Assembly (NCBI GenBank): GCA_041662565.1
Contig: JBAZSE010000002.1
Span: 91,244-155,243 of the forward strand
DNA from: Patescibacteria group bacterium
Lineage (GTDB): Bacteria > Patescibacteriota > Patescibacteriia > UBA1558 > UBA10009
Length of the DNA: 64,000 nucleotides
Direction of reading: 5' to 3'
The notes below the pieces were generated by a model. That model was given only the letters and a program-made list of their open reading frames with translations, was not told the DNA's origin and searched no databases. The translations under genes and the position numbers were made by a program. Below, piece by piece: positions 49,195 to 57,084 of the stretch. How positions within the stretch are numbered: the stretch's first letter is position 1; each line of letters starts with the position of its first letter.

Positions 49195-49760
49195 ACCTAA
49201 CACAGGATTGCCGGTTCATAAACTAAATAAAACTTAATAATATGGAAAATCAACCATATGATCCAGTTGGTCACATTAAAATATTAGCATCTGACTTTAA
49301 GAAAAATTATTCTTTTTACAAGGATATTTTTGAGGCCTTAGATTATAAACAAGTTTCCAATAAAGAAAATAGCGCTGGTTGGGCGAAAAATGGTTATAGT
49401 ATATTATTAGGGCAGGCTAAAATCATAGATTATCCATTTAAATATGGCATGCCTGGTATTCATCATATCTGCTTAAAGGCAGAGTCAACTGATAAAGTAG
49501 ATGAATTATATAATCTAGCAATTAAAAAAGAGGTTCATATATATGAACCGCCTAAAAAATATCCTAATTATACCAATAAGTATTACGCTGTATTTTTTGC
49601 TGACCCAGACGGAATGAAGATAGAAATAGCTTATTATTAAGTTTTCTTTAGCTTATTCACGCAAATTGCTCATTTCCCCTCGTCGCTACGGTGCTAGGCC
49701 TATCGGCCAATTTTAGCACTTCCGCTCAAGTAAAACTTCGCATATGGTGGCACGTTAGGT
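49195..49760 (+). repeat. split, chimeric attC site 13: 5' arm AGGATTGCCG-type, 3' arm short-type (cgcatatggtgg), enclosing VOC copy 2
   Basis: 5' arm and 45-nt leader identical to 35396-35442; 3' arm L' does not complement 5' L''. Confidence 0.5.
49242..49640 (+). CDS. VOC/glyoxalase-fold protein (copy 2)
   Basis: paralogue of 35443-35841 with only a few substitutions. Confidence 0.5.
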   Translation: MENQPYDPVGHIKILASDFKKNYSFYKDIFEALDYKQVSNKENSAGWAKNGYSILLGQAKIIDYPFKYGMPGIHHICLKAESTDKVDELYNLAIKKEVHIYEPPKKYPNYTNKYYAVFFADPDGMKIEIAYY

Positions 49761-50168
49761 GAAATCAAATTTTTCTCTATGAGAAAAGGACTATCTACAG
49801 ACAGTCCTTTTAAAATAATGGAGTAGCTGGAAACCAGCAATAATAATTGACAATTGGGAGTCCGACTACGCTCGGACTACACGCCTAAGCAAAATAGCTT
49901 TTGGGTCAATCCCTGCTAGATTTGAAATCCCAATCATCGACCATTGAACATAAGTTCAAATATTGCTGTCTAGCATGTTTCCAGCTACCACTTTTTATGC
50001 TAAACGAACGAATATAAAAAGATATTAAACTATATATAATTTATTGTCAATAGTATTAAAATTATAATAAATAAGTTTATTAATATAGAAAAATTTGACA
50101 TCACCTAACACCGCGTATGCAGTTAAATCAAATTTGCCTTATTTTTCAACTTTTGATAGTATAGCAGT

Positions 50169-50393
50169 ATGAAAAACTTAAACTTTACAGTATACATAGA
50201 AAGAGATGAGGATGGCGTATTTATTGGTTCCATCCCTACTATTCCCTCCTGTTATGCTCAAGGTAAGACCCAAGAGGATATGCTTAAAAATCTTAGGGAA
50301 GTTTTGCGTCTTTGTTTAAGGAATAATAAAAGAGATACTTTAGAAAATACTAAATTTGTAGGCATACAAAACCTAGAAGTTGCTTATGCCTAG
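50169..50393 (+). CDS. hicB: HicB-family antitoxin (UPF0150)
   Basis: YIERDEDGVFIGSIPTIPSCYAQGKTQEDMLKNLREVL matches HicB N-domain pattern. Confidence 0.6.
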   Translation: MKNLNFTVYIERDEDGVFIGSIPTIPSCYAQGKTQEDMLKNLREVLRLCLRNNKRDTLENTKFVGIQNLEVAYA

Positions 50394-50603
50394 ATTAATT
50401 CCAATTAAACCCAAGAAATTGATTAAAATCCTCTTGGGTTTTGGTTTTATAGAACGTGATGCCGAAGGGTCTCACGTCTTTTTTAAACACCAGATGGCAG
50501 AACAACAGTAATACCCATGCACGACGAAATAAGCAAGGGATTGTTAAAAAAGATACTCAACGATATTCAACTCTCAATAGAGGAATACGATAGATTAAGG
50601 TAA
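50386..50603 (+). pseudogene. hicA: hicA toxin gene disrupted by frameshift (two reading frames: MPRLIP...KHQMAEQQ* then IPMHDEISKGLLKKILNDIQLSIEEYDRLR*)
   Basis: both halves match HicA (GSH..F.H and IP.H..I..GLL..IL); frames shift near 50505-50515. Confidence 0.5.
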
Positions 50604-50796
50604 TAAGGCAAATTTTCTTTAACGTACATTGGCGTGTGGTTCCCCGCCTGCCGGCGGGATATTTTACCACCCGCCAACGTCGCATACGCCCGCACGTTAG
50701 GTGAAATAGCCAGAAATTTCTTTTTTATTTTTTAGATTTTTTGACAATTTATCGTAAAATAACATGGCTTGTGATATAATTTAAGTCGTCTAATTA

Positions 50797-51252
50797 TTGA
50801 CTGTAAATATTATGAAAAAAATTTATAAAAATATTGGCATTGGGTTGTTGGTAGCAAATATTTTTTTACTCGTAACTGGTAACTTTTTGAAATTTTTAAC
50901 AGCTCTAATTGTTCTTCCAAATTTTTATTCCTACTTATCGCAAATGATCTCAGTTAATGGACAATATAATGTAATCTTACTTTATTTGTTGATGTCATTA
51001 GATGCCTTACTGACATTTTGGGGAATTGTATTATCAATTATCCTAATTAAAAATAATCGTTATAATAAGCAGTTATTATGGTGGATATACTCATGGGTAG
51101 GAATAAAAATTTTATCCTTTATTTTATTTCTGCCATTAAAAATTTACGAGACTACGGATTTGGTGATAGCTGTACTTTTTTTTGTATTCCTAATCTATCA
51201 AGATAATAAATGGTCAAGGATCATAAAGAATAAATTGCCAAAAAATATATAA
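50797..51252 (+). CDS. cassette polytopic membrane protein
   Basis: 151 aa, 4 TM. Confidence 0.45.
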   Translation: MTVNIMKKIYKNIGIGLLVANIFLLVTGNFLKFLTALIVLPNFYSYLSQMISVNGQYNVILLYLLMSLDALLTFWGIVLSIILIKNNRYNKQLLWWIYSWVGIKILSFILFLPLKIYETTDLVIAVLFFVFLIYQDNKWSRIIKNKLPKNI

Positions 51253-51275
51253 AGGAAAAAATTTCTGTCTACATC

Positions 51276-51494
51276 CCCTATCACCGCGTATGCGGCTTTA
51301 GCTTCCGCCTACTTACTATTACATTGATATTTCATACTAAAGATGCTTAAATACAATTAAGTATCTTTTAGTTTATGGATAACGTGCGGCGTAAGCTAAA
51401 GGCCTACATTGTCAGGGAGTTTCGGGGGTGGCGCTCCGCGCATATTATACCCCCTCAACTCCCTGACAACGTCGCATACGCACGCACGTTAGGT
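51276..51494 (+). repeat. attC site 15 (long type, degenerate R'' CCCTATC; R' GTTAGGT)
   Basis: hairpin gcttaaatacaattaagt variant with compensatory changes. Confidence 0.6.
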
Positions 51495-51584
51495 GCCATT
51501 GCCTTAAAAGTGACTACTATTGTAAGATGTAAAGGTGATGGAAACATCTAAACTAAAAACTAATGTGCGAATATAGGCAACAGC

Positions 51585-52197
51585 ACCTAACACAGGATTG
51601 CCGATTCGCAAATTTAAATAAAATTATTTACCAACTAACCTAAGAATATGTCACAAACTATCAACATTAGTCAGCCGGTCGGTAATGAAAATTATTACGC
51701 TTCCAAAAAAAGAAAAATCATTGACTTTCTAATAGGATTATTTAGTAATTTTTTATCAATACCTTTATTTACATTCTTAGTTCTTTTATTAGGCACTGCA
51801 AGTAATATAGACATTTTTGACCAACATTTACATGATTGGGTTGGGCTAGAGGAAAAATCCTTTATATTCATAACAACGATCCTTATTACATTAGCAACTT
51901 TATTAACTGAATATTTAATAATAAAAAAGTTGAATAAAAAAAGAAAGTACATAACTAAAGGAATGATCATCCCTTTAGTATTATTAATCCTTATTATGCT
52001 CTACGCTTTACTTTATACCAAAATTAAGGGATTTAATTACATGTAATTTCTAAGATGTATTCAATAATTTTATTTAAATTCGCTCATCCAAATTGCTCGT
52101 TCCCCCTCGTCGCTACGGTGCTAGGCCTCTGGCCAATTTTAGCACCTTCGCTCGCTCGGGGTCACTTCGCAACTTCGGCAATCCACGCACGTTCGGT
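51585..52197 (+). repeat. split attC site 16: R'' ACCTAAC + AGGATTGCCG ... ORF ... CGGCAATCC + R' GTTCGGT
   Basis: arms complementary across 399-nt ORF. Confidence 0.55.
51648..52046 (+). CDS. membrane protein encoded inside split attC
   Basis: 132 aa, 3 TM. Confidence 0.45.
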   Translation: MSQTINISQPVGNENYYASKKRKIIDFLIGLFSNFLSIPLFTFLVLLLGTASNIDIFDQHLHDWVGLEEKSFIFITTILITLATLLTEYLIIKKLNKKRKYITKGMIIPLVLLILIMLYALLYTKIKGFNYM

Positions 52198-52272
52198 GCC
52201 ATATTTGGTAAAAAGTAGCCTTGAAAAATTCAAAAAAATGTGTTAATATACCCATATAAATAACCTATTTTC

Positions 52273-52431
52273 TATGAAAAATATCTCTATAACTACTGAA
52301 AAATTACACAAAGCAGTTGCTCAATCTTCCAAAATGGAAGGATTAAGTTTTAATGACGCTAAAAGGAATAAAAAGCTTATTCAAACCTTAAAATCTTATG
52401 GCAGAGCATTCGCGATATTACGTCAGCGATA
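52273..52431 (+). CDS. FicA/VbhA-like antitoxin (52 aa) with inhibitory S-x-x-x-E-G motif
   Basis: SSKMEG matches (S/T)xxxE(G/N); overlaps Fic gene start by ~35 nt. Confidence 0.45.
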
Positions 52432-53009
52432 ATGATGCCGGGGTTAGCAAAGGAATACTTAAAAACAAGCTTGGGATTAAAAGCAGAAAAAAGTTAAGTG
52501 AAGCCGAAACCCTGCTACTTACTGACACCTACACACATTTTTTTGAACTATTAAGAAAAGGCAAAATAAAATTTGACCTTTCTTTATTATTTTCTATTCA
52601 TGAATATTTCTTAAATCATCTCTACGACTGGGCAGGCAAAGTAAGAACAGTCAATATTTCAAAAGATGAGATGCTTTTTGTTCCAGTTAAATATATTGAT
52701 AAAGTTTTAGTAGAATTCAATAAACTTCTTACAACAACATCGCCAAAACAATCTAACCCTAATAGTGAAATTTCTCAAAAACTAGCAATCATTCATAATG
52801 AATTTAATGTCATTCATCCTTTTAGAGAGGGCAATGGCAGAACAATACGTTTATTTCTTGATTTAATTGCTGTAAGTGTAGGCAATGATCCGATTGACTG
52901 GAGTAAAACGCCAAATAAAGATTATCTCAAAGCCTGCGTTCAAGGCGTAAATGGTAATCACGAACCAATGGCAAAAATAATAAAGAAAGGCCTTAATAAA
53001 TCTGCTTAA
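52398..53009 (+). CDS. Fic-domain protein (class I FicT-like toxin)
   Basis: HPFREGNGRTIRLF Fic motif HPFx(D/E)GNGR. Confidence 0.7.
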   Translation: MAEHSRYYVSDNDAGVSKGILKNKLGIKSRKKLSEAETLLLTDTYTHFFELLRKGKIKFDLSLLFSIHEYFLNHLYDWAGKVRTVNISKDEMLFVPVKYIDKVLVEFNKLLTTTSPKQSNPNSEISQKLAIIHNEFNVIHPFREGNGRTIRLFLDLIAVSVGNDPIDWSKTPNKDYLKACVQGVNGNHEPMAKIIKKGLNKSA

Positions 53010-53063
53010 TAAAATCAAATTTTTCAATTATTGAAAGATCATGGTAAGATTTTAAATAGATGG

Positions 53064-53077
53064 AACACCGCCTAAAA
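53064..53077 (+). repeat. truncated attC remnant (R'' gcctaaa only) marking distal end of array
   Basis: preceding 35 nt resemble the tail before attC 4 (..atggtaRgatt..atggaacaccgcctaa). Confidence 0.4.
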
Positions 53078-53126
53078 AAATTGCTTGCACAAAAATAAAA
53101 AATTAATTTGCTAACTTGCAAACAAT

Positions 53127-53492
53127 ATGGAACTTACTATTTTTTTAGCCAGATTTTGGGGAAGTTTATTTATGTTACTTGGCGCGATGAGTGTTGGCGC
53201 AAAGTTGCTAGGCAGAATCATAGAATATACCGAAGATAAAACCATTACCATAGCCACCGGCTACATTACTTTTTTGCTAGGCCTGGCTACCGTTGTGGCG
53301 CATAATATCTGGGTTGCTGACTGGCAAGTGGCCATTACTATTTTGGGCTGGATTACTTTATTTAAAGGAATTGAAAAAATCGGTTTTCCGGATCGCGTTA
53401 ATAAAAAAGCGCAGATGTTTAAGGGCAAACAAATACTTTGGGGCGGTGTTATCTTTTTAATCGGCGCTTTTTACTTTTGGATAAGTTTATAA
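53127..53492 (+). CDS. membrane protein (3-4 TM)
   Basis: 121 aa ORF. Confidence 0.4.
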   Translation: MELTIFLARFWGSLFMLLGAMSVGAKLLGRIIEYTEDKTITIATGYITFLLGLATVVAHNIWVADWQVAITILGWITLFKGIEKIGFPDRVNKKAQMFKGKQILWGGVIFLIGAFYFWISL

Positions 53493-53894
53493 AGATTTGA
53501 TATTAAAATAAACATACCAAACAACATTTTATATTAAAGCAAAATAACCAAAATAATATGGGCAGTTTAATAGAAATAAACGATACTTTGCAGATTAGCG
53601 CCAAGCAGGGATTTCCGGTGAAATTGAATTATCACAAACATCTAAAAACACCCTTGCAAACCAAGGATTTTTAAAATAAAATATTTCACTTTAAAAATAA
53701 AGCCGGAATTAGAATATTCCAGACGTTGCCAGTTAGAAATTTTTTAGTTCAAAATATTAATGGCAAGTGGCTTTACTGGGGTTTAATAAATATCATTGAG
53801 GTGATTTATGATTATGAGAAAAAAATTACTGCCGGTAAATTTAAAATTACTTATATTTATACGCCCGAAGAAATGAAACAGGCGCATAAATTAA

Positions 53895-54146
53895 TTGACC
53901 AAAGAAAAAAAACCGATTATTTTAATTAACAAAAAAAATATGTTTGTTCATCACAAAGAAAAAAATCCTTTTATTTACTATTTTATCACCGGAACCGGTT
54001 TGGTAATATTTTGGCGAGGTTTATGGGGATTATTGGATATTTATCTTTTCCCGGGAAATCCCCTTTTAAGTTACGTTGTTTCGGCGGGTATTGGCTTGGT
54101 AATTTTGTATATCAATGACTTTTCCTTATCGGAATTGAGCAAATAA
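53895..54146 (+). CDS. small membrane protein
   Basis: 83 aa, 2 TM. Confidence 0.35.
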   Translation: MTKEKKPIILINKKNMFVHHKEKNPFIYYFITGTGLVIFWRGLWGLLDIYLFPGNPLLSYVVSAGIGLVILYINDFSLSELSK

Positions 54147-54167
54147 TTTTATTGCCCAGCCGCTATC

Positions 54168-55202
54168 CTAAACCAATCTTAAGTTAGCTTCTGCATCCAA
54201 AATCTTCCAATTATTCTTGGAAGATTTTTGTTTATTAAAATATCCGGCTAAAGCAATCATCGCCGCGTTATCTCCTGTTAACCATTTTTCGGGCACAAAA
54301 CAGTTGAGTTTAGAATTATTAGCTTTGAGTTTTAAGTTTTGAGTTAATTCTTCATTCGCGCTAACTCCCCCGCCCAAGATAACTGACTTCACTTTATATT
54401 TTTCCGCCGCCCTGATTGTTTTAGCAACCAGCACTTCAATCACCGCTTGTTGAAATGAAGCACAAACATCATTGACGTGCGCTTGGCTTAAAGAACCGGT
54501 AGGTGCCATATCTCTAATATGGTATTTAACCGCTGTTTTTAAACCGGAAAAAGAAAAATCAAAATTAGCAGAGGTTAGCATTGGCCGAGGAAATTTAATA
54601 GCCGAGCTATTTCCCTTGGCGGCAAAATGAGCCACAATCGGTCCGCCAGGATAACCCAATTCCAACATTTTAGCCACTTTATCAAAGGCCTCACCCACGG
54701 CATCATCCAGTGTTTGCCCTATAAGCTTATATTTACCAATGCCTTTAACTAAGATGAGTTCGGTATGACCGCCAGAAACAATCAAACCGACCGCCGGTAG
54801 ATTTGTGATTTGTTTGTTTTTTGCTTCTTGTTGATTGCGATTTAATAAGTAGCTCCACAAATGCCCTTCCAAATGATTAACGCCGATCAAAGGAACATCC
54901 CAAGCATAGGATAAAGTTTTAGCGGTTTGCACGCCAACTGATAATGAAGTAATTAAACCAGGGCCCATGGTAACAGCAAGCAAATCCGGTTTGGAATTTT
55001 TTCCCATGGCCTCTTGAATAACCGGCATTATTGCTTCAACATGTTGTCTAGCTGCCACCTCCGGTACAACTCCACCGTATTTTTGATGAATTTGGGTTTG
55101 CGACCAAACAACGTTTTTAACAACCTTAAACTTATCGCCTTTTACTTCCAGTAAAGCGGCTGCTGTTTCATCACAAGATGATTCGATTCCTAGGATAATC
55201 AT
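54168..55202 (-). CDS. tsaD: tRNA N6-adenosine threonylcarbamoyltransferase TsaD
   Basis: MIILGIESSCDETAAAL N-terminus, HLEGH metal site. Confidence 0.85.
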   Translation of the reverse strand: MIILGIESSCDETAAALLEVKGDKFKVVKNVVWSQTQIHQKYGGVVPEVAARQHVEAIMPVIQEAMGKNSKPDLLAVTMGPGLITSLSVGVQTAKTLSYAWDVPLIGVNHLEGHLWSYLLNRNQQEAKNKQITNLPAVGLIVSGGHTELILVKGIGKYKLIGQTLDDAVGEAFDKVAKMLELGYPGGPIVAHFAAKGNSSAIKFPRPMLTSANFDFSFSGLKTAVKYHIRDMAPTGSLSQAHVNDVCASFQQAVIEVLVAKTIRAAEKYKVKSVILGGGVSANEELTQNLKLKANNSKLNCFVPEKWLTGDNAAMIALAGYFNKQKSSKNNWKILDAEANLRLV

Positions 55203-55261
55203 ATGAGAAAATACTAACACATTTTAGTAAAAACAAAAACCGCTTAAACAGCGGAATTTTC

Positions 55262-55336
55262 TGGTACCACCACGGGGAATCGAACCCCGATTACCAGGAT
55301 GAAAACCTGGCGTCCTAACCGTTAGACGATGGTGGC
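55262..55336 (-). tRNA. tRNA-Glu (anticodon TTC), CCA encoded
   Basis: cloverleaf: acceptor GCCACCA/TGGTGGT, anticodon stem CCAGG/CCTGG loop TTTTCAT, T-arm GGGGTTCGATTCCCC. Confidence 0.8.
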
Positions 55337-55438
55337 TTACTTAAACTATGCCTTATTATACTTAAAACTCGGTAAATGTCAAGATTTGCCTAAATTTAGC
55401 CATAAAAAGGCGTAGTGAAACGTAGCGCATACCACACC

Positions 55439-55466
55439 TTGACAAATCCTGAAAAATAGGTATAAT
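55439..55466 (+). promoter_or_regulatory. promoter TTGACA-16-TATAAT for GC-rich island genes
   Basis: consensus hexamers; AAGGAGG Shine-Dalgarno 7 nt before TTG start. Confidence 0.5.
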
Positions 55467-55521
55467 AAACTATTCATGCTCGTTACAATTCACCCCCAAC
55501 CCCTCTGAAAGGAGGTTCTTC

Positions 55522-55848
55522 TTGGCTGAAGCCAAACCCAAAAGAAACCTTGCCTTTGATTCGTATTTGACCACAATTAACCACACCCTAACAGATGAGA
55601 TTGATACTGTGTTTAGGGGAAAAGGTTACTTTTTGGTAAAGTATGATTTCCAAGGCGAAGTTATCTTTATCACCTGCTCATTATCTTCTCTGTCTTCACC
55701 GACAAAAGAAGATGATAAGCCGCAAATCAGCTTACCAGAGCTACAACAACAATGCGTACCTGGTTGCAAGGTCCTACTCATCGAAGTGGGATTTGTAGAA
55801 AGACGCAAGGGCGGCGGATATCGAGCCACCTCGGCTCAACCGCTGTAG
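55522..55848 (+). CDS. hypothetical protein (TTG start), GC-rich island
   Basis: 108 aa; ~50% GC. Confidence 0.4.
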   Translation: MAEAKPKRNLAFDSYLTTINHTLTDEIDTVFRGKGYFLVKYDFQGEVIFITCSLSSLSSPTKEDDKPQISLPELQQQCVPGCKVLLIEVGFVERRKGGGYRATSAQPL

Positions 55849-55882
55849 AAAGCAAGAAAGAAAAGAAAGCAAGGAGAACTCC

Positions 55883-56950
55883 ATGAGTTCAACGACTCCT
55901 CGGGCATTCCTGGACTTCTTGGAAAGCCATCGGCAACTGCTATCACAACGTGATGAGCAGTGGCAACGCACTTTGCGGGCAATTGTCCGCCGTTCAACCT
56001 CGGAAGAAGGCCTTCGACTCCAACTCGTCGAGTTGGTTGACGCAGGTAAACAACCTAAGATTCATCTATCAATCCGGGCAAAGGCCTTGTGTCTGCTTAT
56101 GACACCTTCGCTGGCCTGGTTTGATGGCAGTTTGGTTCGTTCTGAGCTAATCAATGCTCATCGGCCTCTCACGCCCTGGCTGGCCGACATCGCCAACATC
56201 AACTGGACATTCATTCCGTACGAACTCATGTCACTCGCCAAGGAACTGATTCTAATTTCTTGGAAGCTGATTCCCGACCGTGATGACACAGTTTCACGGG
56301 AAAAATATTCCAGACACTTATTGGAATACGCATCGGTTACCTTAGATGAGGAACTGGTACAAATGTACCCGCTCGATTGCCTACCGGTTTCATATGCTGC
56401 GGTCATCAAGAACCGTCAAATCCCAACCATCAAGAGATTGACGATTGACGCTTCGATTCGCATACGGATTGAAAAAGGCACTCCAGATGAGATCAAGAGC
56501 TACTTCTGGGTCATCATGGAAACCTGCAAGCTTCTGCTAAGCTCATACCCAAGTGATCTGCTTGTACAACAACTGCTCTTCATCGCCCCGCGCCACAAGG
56601 ATCTACTGGCGCCGCTCTTGAACATAAAGATGATGGGCATGCTGATGCACATCGCGACAGCAACTCCGGAGATGGATGATGCTTTGGTTCACCTGATCAC
56701 CAATTTCGTCAGCAGCCATACGGAAGGCAGCGGGAACTGCCTAACCTACACCGGACCTGCGGATATGGAAACGTTGATCCTAATGAAAAGAAGAATGGCC
56801 AGAGCCGAGTATGCACGCGTTGCCCGGACCATCGGCGACACCATCAACAAACTGGAGACAAAAATCGCAAGCTGCACCTGCTCAACAGGCGCATGTCCTT
56901 GCCAGGGGGTGGAGCATCCGGCAGTTCTAGCAATGCCGAAAATGCAATAA
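55883..56950 (+). CDS. hypothetical protein with C-terminal Cys cluster (CTCSTGACPCQG), GC-rich island
   Basis: 355 aa; ~52% GC versus ~38% background. Confidence 0.45.
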   Translation: MSSTTPRAFLDFLESHRQLLSQRDEQWQRTLRAIVRRSTSEEGLRLQLVELVDAGKQPKIHLSIRAKALCLLMTPSLAWFDGSLVRSELINAHRPLTPWLADIANINWTFIPYELMSLAKELILISWKLIPDRDDTVSREKYSRHLLEYASVTLDEELVQMYPLDCLPVSYAAVIKNRQIPTIKRLTIDASIRIRIEKGTPDEIKSYFWVIMETCKLLLSSYPSDLLVQQLLFIAPRHKDLLAPLLNIKMMGMLMHIATATPEMDDALVHLITNFVSSHTEGSGNCLTYTGPADMETLILMKRRMARAEYARVARTIGDTINKLETKIASCTCSTGACPCQGVEHPAVLAMPKMQ

Positions 56951-57005
56951 CCTTTACCCGCCTCGGGCGACTCAATCACATTTGCGAATCAAAAGCATTT
57001 GTGAA

Positions 57006-57031
57006 AGAGTCGCTCGAGCGGTCTTTTTTTT
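57006..57031 (+). terminator. intrinsic terminator ending GC-rich island
   Basis: gagtcgctcgagcggtc + T8. Confidence 0.5.
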
Positions 57032-57037
57032 ACAAAT

Positions 57038-57066
57038 TTGCCATGTGTATAAAAACATTGTATAAT
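57038..57066 (+). promoter_or_regulatory. promoter TTGCCA-17-TATAAT for hsp20
   Basis: consensus -10. Confidence 0.5.
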
Positions 57067-57084
57067 AAACGACGTAAAGCGAGT

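Larger units (their letters stand above)
50103..50702 (+). repeat. split attC site 14: R'' ACCTAAC + CCGCGTATGC ... hicB-hicA ... GCATACGCCCG + R' GTTAGGT
   Basis: long-type 3' arm ggcgtgtggttccccgcctgccggcgggatattttaccacccgccaacgtcgcatacg. Confidence 0.5.
32907..53077. mobile_element. integron-like platform: integrase gene, attI-like junction and ~17 attC-bounded gene cassettes
   Basis: serial palindromic attC-like sites with R''/R' boxes; the R'' of each cassette complements that cassette's first 6 nt. Confidence 0.75.

Noticed and set aside
33860-53077. Interpreting the 120–225-bp palindromic repeats as a CRISPR array or as REP/MITE elements
   Set aside because: Repeats are long, imperfect and variable in length. 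They are separated by whole genes of 0.3–5 kb. Each carries RYYYAAC/GTTRRRY boxes whose 5' box complements the first 6 nt of its own cassette. This matches attC logic, not CRISPR or MITE.
53558-53929. 39-aa + 67-aa adjacent small ORFs
   Set aside because: No recognisable motifs and could be a frameshifted remnant; left unannotated.
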